A stretch of DNA of 64,000 nucleotides from the human T2T-CHM13v2.0 reference genome, Homo sapiens: the NCBI RefSeq assembly GCF_009914755.1, contig NC_060932.1. The stretch is one strand, 5' to 3'. Below the pieces are notes generated by a model. It did not search any database. It worked only from the letters and a program-made list of their open reading frames with translations, and was not told where the DNA came from. Position numbers and translations under genes: made by a program. Every line of letters begins with the position of its first letter. Position 1 is the stretch's first letter. Positions 59,298-64,000 of this stretch are shown here, piece by piece.

Positions 59298-60367
59298 CAT
59301 TATTTGCAATAAAGTGTGTTTCAATTAAGGTATGTACTTTTTTTAGACACAATGCCATTGCACACTTAATAGACTACAGTATAGTGTAAGCCTAACTTTT
59401 CTCCACCCTGGGAAACAAAAAAATTTCGTGGTGGTCCGGAACTGAACCTGCAATAATACCTCTGAGGAATCCCTTTATTTTCTCAGGTTTTACAGATGAG
59501 AGAACTGAACCCCGAGGGCAAAGTAATGTTCCTCAGATCCCTCAAAGCTTAGTTTGATCCCAAAGTATTTTACATATGTTGTGAGAGGTTGACTGATGAG
59601 GTGAATATGCATCATAGGATTTTTCCATATCCCATTTTCTAAAAATCTAGTCTTAGCCCTTCGTTCTTGTATTACACAGCCTTCTCAAGCAGTGCCTGGA
59701 TCTCTGCATCCTCTATGTTGCTGTCCCAAGTGAATTTGTAAATGCTGTCTATTGTACTAAGAAATGTGAAGAGAATCAAATATTTCAGGTCCCAAGAATA
59801 AAGGCATGGCTGGCCATTACACTCCTAGAATGCTTAGCATCTAACTAGAATAACGCTGACCTAGGAAATGAGCTCAGGATTCAATGAAGACAAAGCGAGT
59901 GATCAAAGCAGGCCTCCATACGGCTCTCTTGTTCATATGTCCATTGGCTTATTTATTCTTTCATATCTGGATAACAGTTTACTAAGTACTCTGCATACTG
60001 GATTAATTAAGACACAGTCTCTAACCTCACCTAGGTACTTTTTCAGATCAAATAACTCCCAAAAACTTTAAAGCTGAGGTTATAACAATATTGTGTTAAA
60101 TAAAAACTTATTTAATAAATATTATAGCTTAAAAAGTCTCATATCACTTTTAGGGCATTTCTTTGGTAGCAACTGATAAGCCCTTTGTATTGTATTGAGG
60201 TTTTATTTTTATTAAAAATACTAATTTCTATGTTCTTATATTCTAGCTATTCAATTATTGCCAGTATCATGATGAATAATATTATTTATGATCATCTGAA
60301 GATTCAAAACATTGTATATTCCCTCCCTTTGTAACCTCATATCCCATGACAGGCCACAGATCATCTG

Positions 60368-60545
60368 CAGGGGTGACCAATCTTTTGGCTTCCCTGGACC
60401 ACATTGGAAGAATAATTGTCTTAGGCCACACATAAAATACACTAACATTAACAATAGCTGATGAGCTAAAAAAAAAAAATTGCAAAAAATCTCATAACGT
60501 TTTAAGGAAGTTTATGAATTTGTGTTGGGCCTCATTCAAATCTGT
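60368..60545 (+). mobile_element. MER30 (hAT-Charlie), 3'-truncated
   Basis: caggggtgaccaatcttttggcttccctggaccacattggaag...gatgagctaaaa...tgtgttgggc. Confidence 0.9.
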
Positions 60546-60972
60546 AGTGATTGTGCACATCCATTTGTGCAGGGGACTCAGTCTGTACCTATCAGACATT
60601 CCAAAGGAAACTTTATGTATGTTGAGGGAAGGGAGTGGAAAATGGCCTGTTTCTATCATATTTCTCATATCCATTGTTTTTCTTTTTTAAACCTCTGTAT
60701 CTTTGTTCTCAAGGACGGTACAATGCAGATGGCTGAGGCCAAACTTGAGTCAGTGCCTCCTGTCTGTGATGTCATCCATCCTTTCTGCAGTGTCTGAGTG
60801 GACCTTGCCCTCCCCTGACTGGTTTTATAGATTATACTAAACATGGTGTTCTCAGTGCTTAGTTCCTCAAATGGCTGTGTTCTCTGCATGGGCAAGGACA
60901 CGGTTAACTTGGGAGTTTTATCCCAGTGAAAGTATGTACTTGAATATCTGCGTGTTCTGTTTACTGTGAAAG

Positions 60973-61104
60973 AACAGTCATAAAGAACGAAGGAAATCTT
61001 GCCTTTGGCACATAAAGCCTATCCAAGGAGGCTGGAGCTATGGAGGGAAAGCCAGAAGAGCATTTGCAGACTGGCTGAGGCACTTTGCCATCTTGCACCC
61101 ACAG
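60973..61104 (+). other. Candidate exon (unknown transcript)
   Basis: Consensus donor CAG|GTAAGT at 61104/61105; weak acceptor ag at 60971-60972; 132 nt. Confidence 0.3.
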
Positions 61105-61716
61105 GTAAGTGTCCTCCTGGGAGCCCAGCTTTGCAATGGAAGCCAACAGCCTCCCGGCCCTGGATTCAACATCAGAGGCCTCCTCACTTCTAATGCTATG
61201 TGTAATTTCCAGCTATGCTCCTTGTGCTGTCAGTAAATGGAGTGTTTGATGATATTGGGGAAGATTGAATTACAAGACAGGGATTTTCTCATAATTCAGC
61301 CATTCGGTGACTCAGTTTTTGAATTAACCACACGTAAATTTGGAAAAGCTTAATACAAACTTTCTATTTTCTTACAAAAAAATTTGAGAGACTTTGCCGT
61401 TTGGAAAGATTGCTATGTTTTCTTGCCATTCTTTCTTTTTTCACTTTTTTTTACTTTTTTTTTTTTTTCTTGAGGGGATTCACCTTTACATCACTATCTT
61501 TCCTTGGACAGTATGGATAGATAAAGTCACAGTGAGATGATTTTTCCCAAAAGATCCAGGTTTCAGGCTAATGTAACTGCATATTACAGGTTTTCCTTTT
61601 AAATAAATAGATGAACCAAGAACTGGATTTTTGCCAATATTCAAATATCATATAGAATATTTATCTCTTAAAAATTCTGCTGATAATATTTTGCCTGTCT
61701 GTCTGCCTGGCTGGCT

Positions 61717-61815
61717 GCCCTTCCCCTTCCCCTTCCCTTTCCCCTCCCTCCTCTCGCTTCCCTTCCCTTCCCTTCTTCCTCTCTCTCCCTCTCTTTTCCT
61801 CTCCCCATCTCCCTC
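61717..61815. repeat. Polypyrimidine (CCCTT)n-like low-complexity tract
   Basis: cccttccccttccccttccctttcccctccc... Confidence 0.95.
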
Positions 61816-64000
61816 AACTCCAAAGCGCACACACAGGTTCTTTCAGCAGCTGGGGCATTTAGTTCTACTGAGCTGTTGTTTTCTTCATTATTCATTTGGT
61901 TTCTGTGTTTTTCCATGTACAAGGTATTTTCACTTTTTTAAAACTTGAGAAAAAAAAAATGTTGTCAGTATCAATAAATCTGCATCCAGGGAGAGTCACT
62001 TCTTATCAAGGTTTCAAAAGTGCTTCATGGTTTTCCAGTCTCCTGTCCCTGCTAATCAACGCTGATGTTTCACATACACAGGACGCAAGATGCCATCTTC
62101 TGAACCAGCTCTTTGCTGCATTCCATTTTAGGAATGAGAACCTGGATTATTTATTTAAAACTGTATAAAGTCCTGTTGTTAAGCTGCTCTCTGTGAAAAG
62201 CAGAAAGCGGTTTGAGCCAGGTGGGGAGAGGCTGGGCAGGAAGACGGCTAGATTCTGTGGGAAAAGGGAGAGCAATTTTATTTCCTGCTATAAATTAAAT
62301 AGCCTAATTCAACCCTCCACCAGTAATATGATAACCAATTAATATATTAATGGACAGGGATTATGGAGTCTGGTTTTAGAAAATGGAAACTAGAAGTCAA
62401 TTTCACTTAAATACTCTTCTGGGCATTTTTTTTTTTCTTTCCTGTAGCCAAAACCAAGTGCTTATGTAGCATTGATAATTATTAAAAGAGATACTATGAC
62501 TCAGAACTGGTTAATGTTTGTAATGCTTCTTTAACTCTCAGTCAAGAAGTGCTACAAGTATTACTTGCCTGACATAATAGTTAAGGGGAATTATATAAAG
62601 TAGTAATTATCCCATTTTCTGTAAATTTTATTTCTCCCAGTTCAAACCTTAGTATCATTTTATTTTTCATTCTTGGAAACCAATATATGTGATCTGTTTT
62701 ATTTTATCCATATAACATGGCTGTTCATTCACACAGATGACACATTTTTGTAGTCACTTCTCAAGGCTTTTAAAGCACATTTTTAGCCTAACTCACATAA
62801 GTTATTGCTATCTAATGATATGTAATTTACCAAATCCCATCTTTGGGGACACTTTAAAATCAAAGTGAAAGCTACACATATTTAATAACTAATGTATATA
62901 CACAGATGTGATCGTGATAATCTTACTACTTAATAGTGATTATTGAATTGGAATTCATCTTCAGTGTTCACACTGCAAGTGGTTTGGAATGACCAGAAGT
63001 GGAATAAGAATTGCACTTGGGTAAAATAGAAAATGAAGTAAAATTGCTTCTTGAGCATAGAGTCACTATATCTATCTCTAGCACCCAAATACTTGGGAAG
63101 AAAAGTAAGCCTAGTACTCTTGAGACAATGGACGTGATTAAATATGATTAAGTGTGATTTTTTAATTCTTACAAATGTGGAGCCTGCTGAAGATCGGCTT
63201 CTATGGAGTCCCATTGATTTAATTTGGGCATACTGTAATTTACTGGGCTGGAGTAGAAACAGTAATCCGGCGAGGCCATCATAAGCTCATTAGAAACACA
63301 CTGGGAATGCTTAATGCCGGACAACCCACAGCTTTTTACATCCATTTTATAGTGATCCTCTCTTGCCTTGCCCACTGCTCACTACTGCATGCCATTGATG
63401 GTGTGGTCGTTTTCAAACACACCCCAGAAAATGAGAGGTATTTTTTAAAACAAGATTTAAGTCACCAAGAAACATATAAAACAGCATTTCTAGTATAAAA
63501 CAACAACAACAACAACAACAAACTTCTCGTGTTGTTAATCATGGTAAGATTGGTTAGCTGTTAAGTACTGTAGAATGCAACTAATCAAGAGCTCAAACAT
63601 CCTACACAATGAAACAGAAATAATTATTCTCCCTGAGCTGCTATTGTTTCCTGCCTCAGCCATCCATGGACTAATAAAAGGTTTAATTTTAAATGGTGCG
63701 AAGGAAATGTCAGTGTTACAAAGAAATACAATGTAAAGCCACTTTGCTCACCATCAGGTAAAACACATAAGGAATTAGACCTTAATAGACTAAAGCTAAG
63801 TGAAGCCTAAACAAACCTGAGCAACCACTCCCCTCTAGCCCCGTGCAATTTTTTCTCCTTGCTCCTAATTGATATCACCACATTAAAAAAGCCTGGTTTC
63901 CAACATCCTCACCTTTCAGATGAGAATGTTCTGATAAGGTGTGAGAGCTCTGGTTATGAGGTATATGTGTCTGTGCTTATGATATCAGTTACGCACAGTG

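Larger units (their letters stand above)
57158..59475 (+). mobile_element. Tigger1 DNA transposon, near full length, inserted in a MIR
   Basis: TA|caggaataactc... and ...tctgaggaatccctt|TA degenerate TIRs with TA TSD; MIR halves at ~57080-57157 and 59478-59560. Confidence 0.93.

Overview
AT-rich primate (most likely human) genomic DNA, intergenic or deep intronic. It is dominated by interspersed repeats: about 13 Alus (J/S/Y); L1s of many ages, including a full-length but dead L1PA7-like copy, internally deleted L1MA- and L1PB-type copies and older L1M fragments; L2, L3 and MIR relics; solo ERV LTRs (MER11, LTR1, several MLT1, LTR16-like); a near full-length Tigger1; and MER30/MER1 fragments. 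I recognise no protein-coding host gene, RNA gene, CpG island or CRISPR/prokaryotic system, and the listed ORFs are TE-derived, low-complexity or unrecognisable. I found no convincing novel biological system. The best observations are unusual retrotransposition and repair scars: a 5-nt Alu stub with a full TSD, an L1 whose inverted 5' piece comes from ORF1, a tail-less AluY, an in-frame RT deletion and templated insertions. There are also a few unique segments that look like regulatory elements or exons. Subfamily names come from recalled consensus sequences, not a database run, and boundaries of old repeats are approximate.
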